Shown in pieces: positions 25,249-35,311 of a stretch of DNA of 64,000 bases; position 1 is the stretch's first letter; every line of letters starts with the position of its first letter. The DNA is from Anaerolineales bacterium (lineage in GTDB: Bacteria; Chloroflexota; Anaerolineae; Anaerolineales; Villigracilaceae): positions 2,227 to 66,226 of the forward strand of contig JAFGSI010000011.1 in the NCBI GenBank assembly GCA_016934715.1, given 5' to 3'. The position numbers and the translations under genes were made by a program. The notes under the pieces were generated by a model. That model worked only from the letters and a program-made list of their open reading frames with translations, had not been told where the DNA came from and did not search any database.

Positions 25249-27183
25249 ATGAACTATCGCCTGATCGCCCTCTTTGCACTGCTGCTCCTGGCCCTGACGG
25301 CCTGCTCGCTGGCCGAGGACATCACCCCACCACCCGGTTACCAGTCCCCCACCCCCGTTGCCACCCTCGGCCAGCTCTACCCGGCCGAGCCGCCCTCCCC
25401 CGCCAGCGGCGCAGCGATCTACGTTGAGAAATGCCAGCCCTGTCACGGCGAGACCGGCCTGGGCAATGGCCCGCTGGCCGGCCAGCTGCCCGTCGCCGTC
25501 CCGGCCATCGGGCTGATCGACATCGCCGGCCAGTCCTCCCCGGCCGACTGGTTCACCCTGCTCACCCAGGGGCGCCTCGAGCGCGGCATGCCGCCCTTCC
25601 AGAGCCTGAGCGCCCGGGAGCGCTGGGACGTGCTGGCCTACACCTACACCCTGAGCGCCAGCCCCGAGGCCCTGGCCCAGGCCGCCGACCTGTACACTGC
25701 CCACTGCGCCGTTTGCCACGGCCTCGCTGGCGACGCCAACCCGGCAGCGGACCTGACCGACCAGCAGTACAACGCCGCCGTCACCGGCACCCGCCTGTAT
25801 CGGGCCATTGCCGAGGGCATGCCCCCGTCGATGCCCGCCTACGCCGGTCAGTTCAGCGAAGACCAGATCTGGAGCCTGACAGTCCACCTGCGAACCCTGG
25901 CCTATGCCCCGGCCGCTCAGCCGACCGCCACCCCGGTCCCCACGGCGACCCCCGAACCGGCGGCCAGCGAAATCCCTGCCGCGCAGATCACCGCCGAAGG
26001 GGCCACGGACGAAACCCCCGTGGGCGAGGAGACCCTCACCGCCGGAGCCACTGAATTGGTGAACCCGGAAACGGCCGCACCGACGGAGACCACCGCCTTC
26101 GTGTCCGGCCGCGTGATCCATGGCGCCGGCGGGGTTCTGCCGGCCGACATGACCGCCGTCCTGCACATTTACGATACCGCCCAGGAGGTCAGCTCGATCA
26201 CCGCCTTCCTGGCCAGCGACGGCTCCTTCGCGTTCGGCGACGTTCCCCTGGCCCCCCAGGGTGCCTACCAGGTTCAGGTCGAATACGGCGGCGTGACCTA
26301 CTTCTCGGAGCCGGGCTTCGACGACGGCGCCACGACCGAGTTCGACCTGCCGGTGATCGTCTACGAGTCGACCACCGACGCCTCGGCGATCCTCCTCCTG
26401 CAGGCCCACGTCATCGTCAACCCGCCCTCCAACGGCATGCTGCCGGTGATCGAGATCTTCATCTTCACCAACCCGTCCGACCGCAGCGTTATCTTCGAGG
26501 TCGGCGACCAGGGTCTTTCCTTCCTGCCCGCTCCGCAGGGCGCCACCATCCAGAGCCTGCAGTACTCCGAATCCAGCCTGCCCTTCGTCCCGGCCGGGGA
26601 CGAAAGCTACGCCCTGATCCCCAGCCCCGAAGGCCAGTACGGGATCGTGGCCGTCTATGCCCTGCCCTACGAGGCAGACGAACTGGCCTTCGAGCAGAGC
26701 CTCGGCCTGGAGACAGCCGATCTGACCCTGCTGGTCCCGGATGGGATGCGCCTGCGCGACCACGGCCTGACGGACGCCGGACCGACCGATTTCCAGGGCC
26801 AGCCCTTCCAGCAGTACGGGGCCAGCAACCTGCCGGCCGGCGGGACGCTCGCCTTCACCATCCAGGGCGTTCCTGGCGGGACCGGTGGCTTCAGCCTGGA
26901 CTCGCAGAGCGGACTGGTGATCGGCATGGGCGTCCTGGGGGTGGTCTTCATCGCTGCCGGGGTCTATTTGTACCTGCGCGACCGCTCCAGAGCGAAAGAG
27001 GAGGAGGGGGAGGGGGGCGACGAAGACAGCCTTGAGACCGAGGACGCCCTTGGCGACGACCCGCAGGCGATCATGGATGCCATCATCAGCCTTGATGACC
27101 AGTTCAAGGCCGGCCAGATCGCCGAGGAAGCCTACCAGGAACGGCGCGCCGAACTTAAAGCGCGGCTCAAGCAGCTGAGTTGA
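25249..27183 (+). CDS. Dihaem c-type cytochrome lipoprotein with a large extracytoplasmic domain, late TM helix and SHOCT-like tail
   Basis: Lipobox LLLALTAC. Two class-I cytochrome c domains (CQPCH...MPPF, CAVCH...MPAY). A TM segment LVIGMGVLGVVFIAAGVYLYL, an acidic stretch, then IISLDDQFKAGQIAEEAYQERRAELKARL. Confidence 0.75.
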   Translation: MNYRLIALFALLLLALTACSLAEDITPPPGYQSPTPVATLGQLYPAEPPSPASGAAIYVEKCQPCHGETGLGNGPLAGQLPVAVPAIGLIDIAGQSSPADWFTLLTQGRLERGMPPFQSLSARERWDVLAYTYTLSASPEALAQAADLYTAHCAVCHGLAGDANPAADLTDQQYNAAVTGTRLYRAIAEGMPPSMPAYAGQFSEDQIWSLTVHLRTLAYAPAAQPTATPVPTATPEPAASEIPAAQITAEGATDETPVGEETLTAGATELVNPETAAPTETTAFVSGRVIHGAGGVLPADMTAVLHIYDTAQEVSSITAFLASDGSFAFGDVPLAPQGAYQVQVEYGGVTYFSEPGFDDGATTEFDLPVIVYESTTDASAILLLQAHVIVNPPSNGMLPVIEIFIFTNPSDRSVIFEVGDQGLSFLPAPQGATIQSLQYSESSLPFVPAGDESYALIPSPEGQYGIVAVYALPYEADELAFEQSLGLETADLTLLVPDGMRLRDHGLTDAGPTDFQGQPFQQYGASNLPAGGTLAFTIQGVPGGTGGFSLDSQSGLVIGMGVLGVVFIAAGVYLYLRDRSRAKEEEGEGGDEDSLETEDALGDDPQAIMDAIISLDDQFKAGQIAEEAYQERRAELKARLKQLS

Positions 27184-27214
27184 ACCGTTCCGCCCGTCGA
27201 AAATCGTTGCTCTC

Positions 27215-27906
<692 letters not shown>

Positions 27907-27910
<4 letters not shown>

Positions 27911-28623
27911 GCAGCGATCGCAAGGGACCCACGCCCTCCAGCCGTCCGCCGGCCAGTTTTTCCCGGGCCGTCTTCGCGGTGGCCTGGAAGGACCTGGCTG
28001 CCGAACTGCGCTCACGCGAGCTGCTCTCGGCCATGCTGGTCTTCGCCCTGCTGGTGATCCTGATCTTCAACTTTGCCATCGAACTGGCCCCCAGCCTGCG
28101 TCCGACCGTCACCCCCGGTGTGCTGTGGGTCACCTTCGCCTTCGCCGGGACCCTGGGCCTGAACCGCTCGATGGCCATCGAGAAGGACCGCGGCTGCCTT
28201 GACGGCCTGCTGCTCGCCCCGGTGGACCGGGCGGCGATCTACTTCGGCAAGATGCTCAGCAACCTGACCTTCATGCTGATCGTCGAGATCGTCGTCCTGC
28301 CAGTCTACAGCCTGCTGTACAACACCAACCTGTTCGTCCCCGGCCTGCTGGGTGTGATCCTGCTCGGCTCGATCGGCTACGTCGCCGTCGGGACGCTGCT
28401 GGCCAGCATGGCCGTCCAGACCCGCACGCGGGACGTCCTGCTGCCCATCCTGCTCTTCCCGGTCATCGTGCCGGTCCTGCTTTCGGCAGTGCGGGCCAGT
28501 GGCGGGTTCCTGCAGGGCCTGCCCATGGAACAGATCCGGCCCTGGATCAACCTGCTGGCCGCCTATGACGTCATCTTCCTGGCAGTCGCCTACATGGTCT
28601 TCGACCAGGTGGTCGAAGAATAA
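27907..28623 (+). CDS. ccmB: Haem exporter membrane protein CcmB
   Basis: 238 aa and polytopic. It overlaps the ccmA stop. The position and hydrophobicity pattern fit CcmB. Confidence 0.75.
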
Positions 28624-28675
28624 CCTGCCGCCGATCCAATTATTGGTCGTTCCTCCCCCCTACGAAAGGATGCTG

Positions 28676-29374
28676 ATGAAACCGCAACCCAAAGCCCTTA
28701 CCTTTCTGACCCTGCTCTCCGCCCTGTTCTTGGCCGGGGCGCTGGCGATGGTCTTCCTGTATGCCCCGCTGGAAGCAGTGATGAACTACGTCCAGAAGAT
28801 CTTCTACTTCCACGTCGCCACCGCCTGGGTCGGCATGCTCGGCTTCATCGTCGCTGCCGTGGCCGGGGTACTCTACCTGATCAGGAAAGACCTGAAGTGG
28901 GACATCGTCGAGCTGGCCGCCGTGGAGATCAGCCTGGTCTTCTTCCTGATCGCCATCGTCAGCGGTTCGATCTGGGCCCGCCCATCCTGGGGCACCTGGT
29001 GGACCTGGGACGCCCGCCTGACCACCGCCGCCATCCTGGAACTGGTCTACCTGGCCTACCTGCTCCTGCGCCAGGGCATCGAGGACCCCGAGCGGCGCGC
29101 CCGCTTTGGGGCGGTCTACACCCTGATCGGCGGGATCAGCGTTCCGGTCACTTTCCTGTCGATCCGCCTCTGGCAGACCATCCACCCGGCCATCATCGGC
29201 ACCGCCAGCGCCGAGGCCCAGGGCGGCTTCGACATGGCCCCGGCCATGCTCCATACCATGTTCTTCGCCCTGATCGCCTTCTCGGTCATCTTCGCCACCC
29301 TGCTCTGGCAGCGCATCCGTCTGGGCAAACTGGCCGAGCAGGTCGAGCAGATGAAACTGAAAATCAGCGAATAA
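28676..29374 (+). CDS. ccmC: Haem exporter/haem-handling protein CcmC
   Basis: WWD motif WGTWWTWDARL. The ORF opens earlier; ATG codons at 28670 and 28676 both follow AAGGA, and the second has the better spacing. Confidence 0.85.
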   Translation: MKPQPKALTFLTLLSALFLAGALAMVFLYAPLEAVMNYVQKIFYFHVATAWVGMLGFIVAAVAGVLYLIRKDLKWDIVELAAVEISLVFFLIAIVSGSIWARPSWGTWWTWDARLTTAAILELVYLAYLLLRQGIEDPERRARFGAVYTLIGGISVPVTFLSIRLWQTIHPAIIGTASAEAQGGFDMAPAMLHTMFFALIAFSVIFATLLWQRIRLGKLAEQVEQMKLKISE

Positions 29375-29385
29375 ACGAGGCTTCC

Positions 29386-29541
29386 ATGATCCCATACGCG
29401 ATTTCCATCAAGTACATGATCGGTGGTTACGCCGTGATCTTCAGCATCCTGGCGATCTACCTGGTCAGCTTCTTCGTCCGCTTCCGCAGCCTGCAGCGCG
29501 ACCTGGAAACCCTGCAGGAATTGGAATCTGAAGATAAGTAG
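29386..29541 (+). CDS. ccmD: Small single-TM protein in the CcmD position
   Basis: 51 aa: MIPYAISIKYMIGGYAVIFSILAIYLVSFFVRFRSLQRDLETLQELESEDK. GAGG RBS. It lies immediately after ccmC. Confidence 0.55.
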   Translation: MIPYAISIKYMIGGYAVIFSILAIYLVSFFVRFRSLQRDLETLQELESEDK

Positions 29542-29557
29542 TTGTAAAATGCCCCGA

Positions 29558-29596
29558 GAGTCCGCTATGCTATAATGTAAGCGGACTCCTTTTTTT
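29558..29596 (+). terminator. Rho-independent terminator closing the ccm operon
   Basis: A 9-bp stem (gagtccgct / agcggactc) with a 13-nt loop, followed by c + ttttttt. Confidence 0.8.
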
Positions 29597-29609
29597 CAGG
29601 AACAGGGCA

Positions 29610-31238
29610 TTGAGACCGCGACTCCGGGCCGGCTGGACGGCCATCACGCTCGTCATCGTACTGGGGCTGGCCCTGGCGCCCGCCACCGGGACCCGGCGCG
29701 CCCGCGCCCTCGGCGACGAACCGCCCGGCCCCGACCGGGCTGCAGGAATCACGGTCTACTACACCGCTTACGAATGGCTGCTGATCAGTTGGGCCTTCAA
29801 CGAGGTCGCCTGTCACGTCGTCGTCGACCACGAAGGCCTGCCGACGTACGGAGAGGTCTATTACGCCTGCGGGGAAGACATTTACGACAGGTGGGTCACC
29901 ACGGCAGCCTGTGACGACGCCGAAAGTTCCAACCCCCAGATCTGCCGGGGGTATTACCTGCAACTGTGGGACACCTTTCCGGCCCACCGCGAGGTCGCCG
30001 TGGCCCTGCCGCCGCCGGTCGTGTGGGTCACCCTTGACGGCTGCACCTCCGTCGATTCCACCCACCTGTGCGGCCGGAATGCCTCCCTGGTGCTGACCGC
30101 CGAAGAGCCGCTGCCCAACGAGACCATCGACCGCCTGGAAGGGACGATCGACGGCGAGCCGTTCGTCTGCGACCCGGCCTGCCTGATCGACCTGTTCCCG
30201 ACCGGTGCGCAGGGCGTCCCGATCGAATTCTGGGCCTACTCCAGCTACGGCGACAGCAGCCTGGTCTACCAGGCCCAGGTGCGGATGGTGGAGGTCGTGA
30301 GCGAGATCCCCGGCGAAGGGCTCCAGTGGTACGTCGACGTGCTCAGCACGCAGTGGCGCGGCACCCCGCTGGCCGGCTGTTCACAGGTCTGGGAGGCCTT
30401 CCCGCCCATCGGCGGCCCGCCCGGCTGGCTGCTGACCCCCGAGACTCCCGCCGAACTGGCCACCGAAATCCCCTACGAATACCTGGCCTCCAACCTGCTC
30501 CTGCAGGGCATGGCGGACGCCGGCGATTGTCCCAACAACGGGCTGCTGCCCGGCGGGCAGATCAGCCCCTGCGGTCTGGAGGCGGCCCTCCCGGCCGTCA
30601 CCGACTGGCAGAATCGCTTCGATGAACTGATCTTCGAGGTCGCCCTCGACACCGGTGTCCCGGCCCAGCTGCTCAAGAACCTGTTCAGCCGCGAGAGTCA
30701 GTTCTGGCCGGGAGTCTTCACCGGCCGGCCCGAGGTCGGGCTGGGGCAGCTGACCGACAACGGCGCCGACACAACCCTGCTGTGGAACCCGTCCTTCTAC
30801 GAACAGTTCTGCCCGCTGGTGCTCGAAGCCGAGACCTGCGAGACCGGCTACCCCCTGCTCGACGAAGAGACCCAGGAGATGCTGCGCGGCGCCCTGGTGC
30901 GCAGCGTGGACGCCTTCTGCCCCGACTGCCCGTTGAGCATCGACCTGCAGCAGGCGGACTTCAGCGTGGCGATCTTCGCCGAGACGATCCTGGCCAACTG
31001 CGAGCAGACCGGCATGGTACTCTACAACGTCTACGGCCTCCCCCCCGGCGAAGTGGCCAGCTACGAGGACCTGTGGCGTTTCACCCTGGTCAACTACAAC
31101 GCCGGTCCCGGCTGCCTGGGACTGGCAATCAACGAAACCGATCGGGCCGGCGAGCCGCTCGACTGGGAGCACGTCTCGGCCCACCTGACCCCGGTCTGCG
31201 ATGGGGCCCGCGACTACGTCGCCGACATCACCCGTTAG
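29610..31238 (+). CDS. Secreted Cys-rich protein with C-terminal lytic transglycosylase (SLT)-like domain
   Basis: TTG start and a signal-like N-terminus. The C-terminal part has LLKNLFSRESQFWP (catalytic Glu context), GLGQLT and VNYNAGPGCL, which are typical SLT motifs. Confidence 0.6.
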   Translation: MRPRLRAGWTAITLVIVLGLALAPATGTRRARALGDEPPGPDRAAGITVYYTAYEWLLISWAFNEVACHVVVDHEGLPTYGEVYYACGEDIYDRWVTTAACDDAESSNPQICRGYYLQLWDTFPAHREVAVALPPPVVWVTLDGCTSVDSTHLCGRNASLVLTAEEPLPNETIDRLEGTIDGEPFVCDPACLIDLFPTGAQGVPIEFWAYSSYGDSSLVYQAQVRMVEVVSEIPGEGLQWYVDVLSTQWRGTPLAGCSQVWEAFPPIGGPPGWLLTPETPAELATEIPYEYLASNLLLQGMADAGDCPNNGLLPGGQISPCGLEAALPAVTDWQNRFDELIFEVALDTGVPAQLLKNLFSRESQFWPGVFTGRPEVGLGQLTDNGADTTLLWNPSFYEQFCPLVLEAETCETGYPLLDEETQEMLRGALVRSVDAFCPDCPLSIDLQQADFSVAIFAETILANCEQTGMVLYNVYGLPPGEVASYEDLWRFTLVNYNAGPGCLGLAINETDRAGEPLDWEHVSAHLTPVCDGARDYVADITR

Positions 31239-31307
31239 TCCTTGAAATCCATGGAACTTTTCAACCCGCTTTGGCGTCTTGCCTCCAGAGGAATAAGGAG
31301 GATGAGA

Positions 31308-31709
31308 ATGAACGCCAAACTGCAGACCACGATCGTCTTGATGGCCTTCCTGACCCTGATCATCGTCATTTCGGGCTGCGGCCCGCAGCAGGTCACCCTG
31401 GACGCCGCGCACAACGGCGGGCAGGTGTCGGTCAGGGACAACGGCCTGATCGTCATCCGCCTGCCGGCCAACCCGTCGACCGGCTACACCTGGGAGCCCC
31501 AGGATCTGGACAGCGGGCTCTTCGCCCAGACCGGCGAACCCGTCTTCACCAGCGACAACCCCGACCTGCTCGGCTCGGGTGGAATCCAGGTGCTGACCTT
31601 CCGGGCCCTGCGCCCCGGCACCGCCACCCTGACCCTGGTCCACCACCGCCCCTGGGAGACCGACGTTGCACCGCTGGAGACCTTCACGGTCACCGTGACC
31701 GTGAAGTGA
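31308..31709 (+). CDS. Chagasin-family (I42) cysteine peptidase inhibitor, lipoprotein
   Basis: Lipobox IIVISGC. The motifs LPANPSTGYTW and TLTLVHHRPWE are characteristic of chagasin/ICP. AAGGAGG lies 6 nt upstream of the ATG at 31308. Confidence 0.8.
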   Translation: MNAKLQTTIVLMAFLTLIIVISGCGPQQVTLDAAHNGGQVSVRDNGLIVIRLPANPSTGYTWEPQDLDSGLFAQTGEPVFTSDNPDLLGSGGIQVLTFRALRPGTATLTLVHHRPWETDVAPLETFTVTVTVK

Positions 31710-31819
31710 TCCACGCGGCGCGCAGGACACGAGGGGGACCAGCGTGTCCTGCCGCTGCACAGGGGGGAGAAGGTCCGGCGGATGTGCCTGCATCCGCCTT
31801 TGTCATATATAATAGCTCC

Positions 31820-33118
31820 ATGCTCGCCCAGACCTTCCACCTCCCTTACGGCAGGGCGCATCTCACTTTCCGCCTGCCAGATTCGATCCAGACCGATCTG
31901 GCCGTCTCCCAGCCGGCCGTCCCACAGACCGACCCGGCCGCCGCCATCCGCCAGGCCCTGGCCGCTCCGATCGGGAGCCCGCCGCTGGCCGATCTCGCCC
32001 GGCCCGGGCAGCGGGTCTGCATCGCCTTCACCGACATCACCCGCGCCTGCCCCGACCAGCTGCTGGTCCCGGCGCTGCTGGCTGAGCTGGAGAAGGCCGG
32101 GGTGAGCGACACGGACATCACCCTGCTGTGTGCCGTCGGCATGCACCGCCCATCCACACGTCAGGAAAAGATCGCCAAGCTGGGCGCCGCCGTCGTCGAC
32201 CGTTACCGGGTCAGCGACCACGAGCCGCAGAATCCCGACGCGCTGGTCGACCTGGGAGCAACCAGGAGCGGGGTCCCGATCCTGCTCAACCGGGCAGCGA
32301 TCGAGGCCGACCTGCTCCTGTCCACCGGGATCGTCGAGCCGCACCAGTACGCCGGCTACTCAGGCGGGCGCAAGACGGTCGCGATTGGCGCGGCCGGCGA
32401 GGCCCTGATCGCCCACACCCACGGCCCGGCCTTCCTCGACCACCCGGCCACACGCCTGGGGCAGATCGCGGGCAACCCCTTCCACGCAGCGATCAGCGAG
32501 GCCGCCCGGCGGGCCGGGCTGGCCTTCATCCTCAACGTCATCCTGGACGACGAGCGGCGCCTGCTGCGGGTCGCCGCCGGGGAGCCGGAATCCGCCTTCC
32601 TGGACCTGGTGGCCTTTGCGCGCTCCGTCTACGAGGTCCCGATCGACCGGCAGTACGATCTGGCCATCGGCGGGGTCGGCTATCCCAAGGACACCAACCT
32701 GTACCAGGCCAGCCGGGCGCCGTCCTACCTGTTCTTCGCCCCCACGCCGGTGGTGCGCCCCGGCGGCTTTTTCATCATCCCGGCCCGCTGCCAGGAGGGC
32801 GCCGGGGCCGGGGTCGGCGAGCAGCGCTTCCTGCAGGCCATGCGCGCCGCAGTGGACGTCCCATCGATCCTGTCTGACGCCCGCCGCAACGGCTACCCGC
32901 CCGGGGGCCAGCGGGCCTTCGTCCTGGCCAAGGTCCTGGAGCAGAACCAGGTGATCATCGTCGCCAGCGAACACCCCGATCTGGTATCCGACTGCAAGAT
33001 GATCCCGGCCGCCACGCCGGACGAAGCCCTGGCCATCGCAGTGGAAGCCCTCGGCCCGGACCTGCGGGCCCTGGTCGTGCCGCATGCACTGCTGACCCTG
33101 CCGGTCCTGCGCGGGTAA
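31820..33118 (+). CDS. LarA-like (DUF2088, nickel-dependent lactate racemase family) protein
   Basis: I trimmed the 778-aa ORF to the ATG at 31820. The sequences FTDITRACPDQ, LLCAVGMHRP, IVEPHQYAGYSGGRK and GYPKDTNLYQA match the LarA family layout. TATAAT at 31808-31813 sits 6 nt upstream, which suggests a leaderless transcript. Confidence 0.65.
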   Translation: MLAQTFHLPYGRAHLTFRLPDSIQTDLAVSQPAVPQTDPAAAIRQALAAPIGSPPLADLARPGQRVCIAFTDITRACPDQLLVPALLAELEKAGVSDTDITLLCAVGMHRPSTRQEKIAKLGAAVVDRYRVSDHEPQNPDALVDLGATRSGVPILLNRAAIEADLLLSTGIVEPHQYAGYSGGRKTVAIGAAGEALIAHTHGPAFLDHPATRLGQIAGNPFHAAISEAARRAGLAFILNVILDDERRLLRVAAGEPESAFLDLVAFARSVYEVPIDRQYDLAIGGVGYPKDTNLYQASRAPSYLFFAPTPVVRPGGFFIIPARCQEGAGAGVGEQRFLQAMRAAVDVPSILSDARRNGYPPGGQRAFVLAKVLEQNQVIIVASEHPDLVSDCKMIPAATPDEALAIAVEALGPDLRALVVPHALLTLPVLRG

Positions 33119-33478
33119 GGCGGGGGGGGGATCCCATTCCGCCCCTCCCAACGGACAGTTTCCGCTCGAGACTTTCGCGCCAGGAGAGGGTCCTAACTAT
33201 CCGGACCCTATCCCTTGGCTATCCGTTCGCTATCGGATCGGGATCCCGACCCTTTTGGGGTTATAATCATCGACAACTGCTGACACAACACCACATCCGC
33301 TTCCACACCCAGACCAGGAAGCCCGAGGCGGGGGAAAGACGGACCAGCGTTCGTCAACGCCATATCACACTGCGGAGACCACCGACCGGCACGCGATCTT
33401 GCCCGGTTGGCCCTTGCATACTTGAAGGCGCCGGACAGGCCAAAGAACGGCGCCCGCCATCCCAGATTGGAGGCTGAG

Positions 33479-34957
33479 ATGAAGATCCTGTTGCTCTACC
33501 CCGAGTTCCCCGATACGTTCTGGAGTTTTAAGCACGCCCTGCCCTTCATCCGCAAGAAAGCCTCCACGCCGCCGCTCGGCCTGCTGACCGTGGCCGCCAT
33601 GCTGCCCTCGCACTGGGAGCTGCGCCTGGTGGACCTGAACGTGCGGCCGCTCCGGGACCAGGATCTGGCCTGGGCGGATTACGCCTTCCTAAGCGCCATG
33701 GCAGTCCAGCAGGCCTCCGCCCACCAGCTGATCGCCCGCTGCAAGGCTGCCGGGTTGAAGATCGTCGCCGGCGGGCCGCTCTTCACCGCCGAGCATAGCC
33801 AATTCCCCGATGTGGACCACTTCGTGCTCAACGAGGCCGAGATGACCCTGCCCCCCTTCCTGCGGGACCTGGCACTCGGCCACCCCCGCCGGGTCTACAC
33901 CTCGACCACCTTCCCCGACATCTGCCAGACCCCTGCCCCGCTGTGGCAGCTGGCCGATCTGAAGCACTATGCCAGCATGGCGATCCAGTATTCGCGCGGC
34001 TGCCCCTTTGACTGCGAGTTCTGCAACATCACCTCGCTGTTCGGACACCGGCCGCGGGTCAAGAACGCGGCCCAGATCATCGCCGAACTGGACGGGTTGT
34101 ACCGCCTTGGCTGGCGCCAAAGCGTCTTCTTCGTCGACGATAACCTGATGGGCAACAAGAAGCAGCTCAAGGCCGACCTGCTGCCGGCCCTGATCGCCTG
34201 GCGCAAGGGCAAGAAGGGCATGCCGTTCAACACCGAGATCTCGATCAACCTCGCCGATGACGAGGAACTGATGGACCTGTTGGCCGAGGCCGGCTTCATC
34301 ACGGTCTTCATCGGCGTCGAAACCCCCGACGACAACAGCCTGGCCGAGTGCAACAAGAAACAGAACCTGGGCCGCGACCTGGTCGCAGATATCAAGCGCA
34401 TCCAGCGCGCCGGGCTGCAGGTCCAGGGCGGGTTCATCATCGGCTTCGACAGCGACACGCCGTCGATCTTCCAGAGGCAGATCGACTTCATCCAGAAAAG
34501 CGGGATCGTGACCGCCATGGTCGGGTTGTTGCAGGCTCCGACCGGCACCCGCCTGTACGAGCGTTTACAGCGCGAAAAACGCCTGGTCAGTTCGTTCTCC
34601 GGCGACAACGTCGACGGGGAGACCAACATCAAACCCCGGATGAGCCTCGAAACCCTGCAGAAGGGTTACCGGGCGGTGATCAGGCACCTGTATGCGCCCA
34701 GGAACTATTATGCCCGCCTGAAGACCTTCCTGAAGGAATACAAGGCCCCCCGGATCACCATCCCGGTCAACGCCGAATATATCCGGGCCTTCTTCCGTTC
34801 AGTGCTGCGGCTGGGCATCCTGGGCAAGGAGCGCCTGCATTACTGGGGGCTGGTCGTCTGGACCCTGGTCCGCCGCCCGCGCCTGTTCCCGCTGGCGATC
34901 ACGCTCTCGATCTACGGCTATCACTTCCGCCGGGTCTGCGAACTGCATATTGCCTGA
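33479..34957 (+). CDS. B12-binding domain-containing radical SAM protein (with DUF4070-like C-terminus)
   Basis: MKILLLYPEFPDTFWSF...PPLGLLTVAAML is the B12-binding-like N-terminus. The radical SAM motif is YSRGCPFDCEFCN (CxxxCxxC). GGAGG lies 5 nt upstream of the ATG. Confidence 0.85.
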   Translation: MKILLLYPEFPDTFWSFKHALPFIRKKASTPPLGLLTVAAMLPSHWELRLVDLNVRPLRDQDLAWADYAFLSAMAVQQASAHQLIARCKAAGLKIVAGGPLFTAEHSQFPDVDHFVLNEAEMTLPPFLRDLALGHPRRVYTSTTFPDICQTPAPLWQLADLKHYASMAIQYSRGCPFDCEFCNITSLFGHRPRVKNAAQIIAELDGLYRLGWRQSVFFVDDNLMGNKKQLKADLLPALIAWRKGKKGMPFNTEISINLADDEELMDLLAEAGFITVFIGVETPDDNSLAECNKKQNLGRDLVADIKRIQRAGLQVQGGFIIGFDSDTPSIFQRQIDFIQKSGIVTAMVGLLQAPTGTRLYERLQREKRLVSSFSGDNVDGETNIKPRMSLETLQKGYRAVIRHLYAPRNYYARLKTFLKEYKAPRITIPVNAEYIRAFFRSVLRLGILGKERLHYWGLVVWTLVRRPRLFPLAITLSIYGYHFRRVCELHIA

Positions 34958-35033
34958 AGGCCGCTCCAGCCGCCTGCGGCGCCCAAGGTCCACATCCTAA
35001 CAGGAATGTAAGGGCAAAAAAACGGCAAATCGC

Positions 35034-35062
35034 TTGCCAATTCCACCGCCCGCCGTTACAAT
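35034..35062 (+). promoter_or_regulatory. Near-consensus sigma-70-type promoter (TTGCCA-17 nt-TACAAT) with no ORF behind it
   Basis: Read directly: -35 at 35034-35039, -10 at 35057-35062, with an exact 17-nt spacer. Confidence 0.5.
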
Positions 35063-35068
35063 GTGCCC

Positions 35069-35182
35069 AGGTTCACAAACATCGCCCGATCGCAAGCATC
35101 CCGGCCCACACCGCAGCGGTTGATTGATCGCCACCTGTGATCCACCATCTCCTGCGGGACTTCGTGTCCCGCAGGATTTTTT
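35069..35182 (+). ncRNA. Candidate small RNA (~110 nt) delimited by the orphan promoter and a strong intrinsic terminator
   Basis: Promoter at 35034-35062 and terminator at 35151-35182. There is no credible ORF or RBS in between, and I do not recognise a known RNA family. Confidence 0.3.
35151..35182 (+). terminator. Rho-independent terminator
   Basis: A 10-bp stem (cctgcgggac / gtcccgcagg) with loop ttcgt, followed by a + tttttt. Confidence 0.8.
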
Positions 35183-35218
35183 ACCCCCCCCAGGCCCCGA
35201 CCCGCTCCTGTAGCGCTT

Positions 35219-35250
35219 CCTGGGCGGCTGCCAGCCGCTCAGGGTTTTTT
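35219..35250 (+). terminator. Second rho-independent terminator, 37 nt after the first
   Basis: cctgggcggc / gccgctcagg forms a 10-bp stem including one G-U pair, with loop tgcca, followed by g + tttttt. Confidence 0.7.
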
Positions 35251-35311
35251 AATCCAAAATCGATCGTTTCATCTTATAATCAGACCAACTCTGTCCTATA
35301 AGGCTTGGGAG

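Noticed and set aside
30782-33118. 778-aa ORF as listed, and similarly long N-terminal extensions of ORFs 9122..10693, 10587..11954, 28499..29374, 43389..45473 and 58833..60581
   Set aside because: The extensions are Arg/Pro-rich, overlap the preceding genes and lack RBSs. Internal starts with a Shine-Dalgarno sequence or a -10 box give family-typical N-termini, so I trimmed them.
33262-33478. Possible cobalamin riboswitch in the ~200-nt leader of the B12-binding radical SAM gene
   Set aside because: I found only a partial B12-box-like string (cGGAGACC at 33374-33380). The other conserved riboswitch elements were not recognisable by eye. An Infernal scan with RF00174 is needed before any call.
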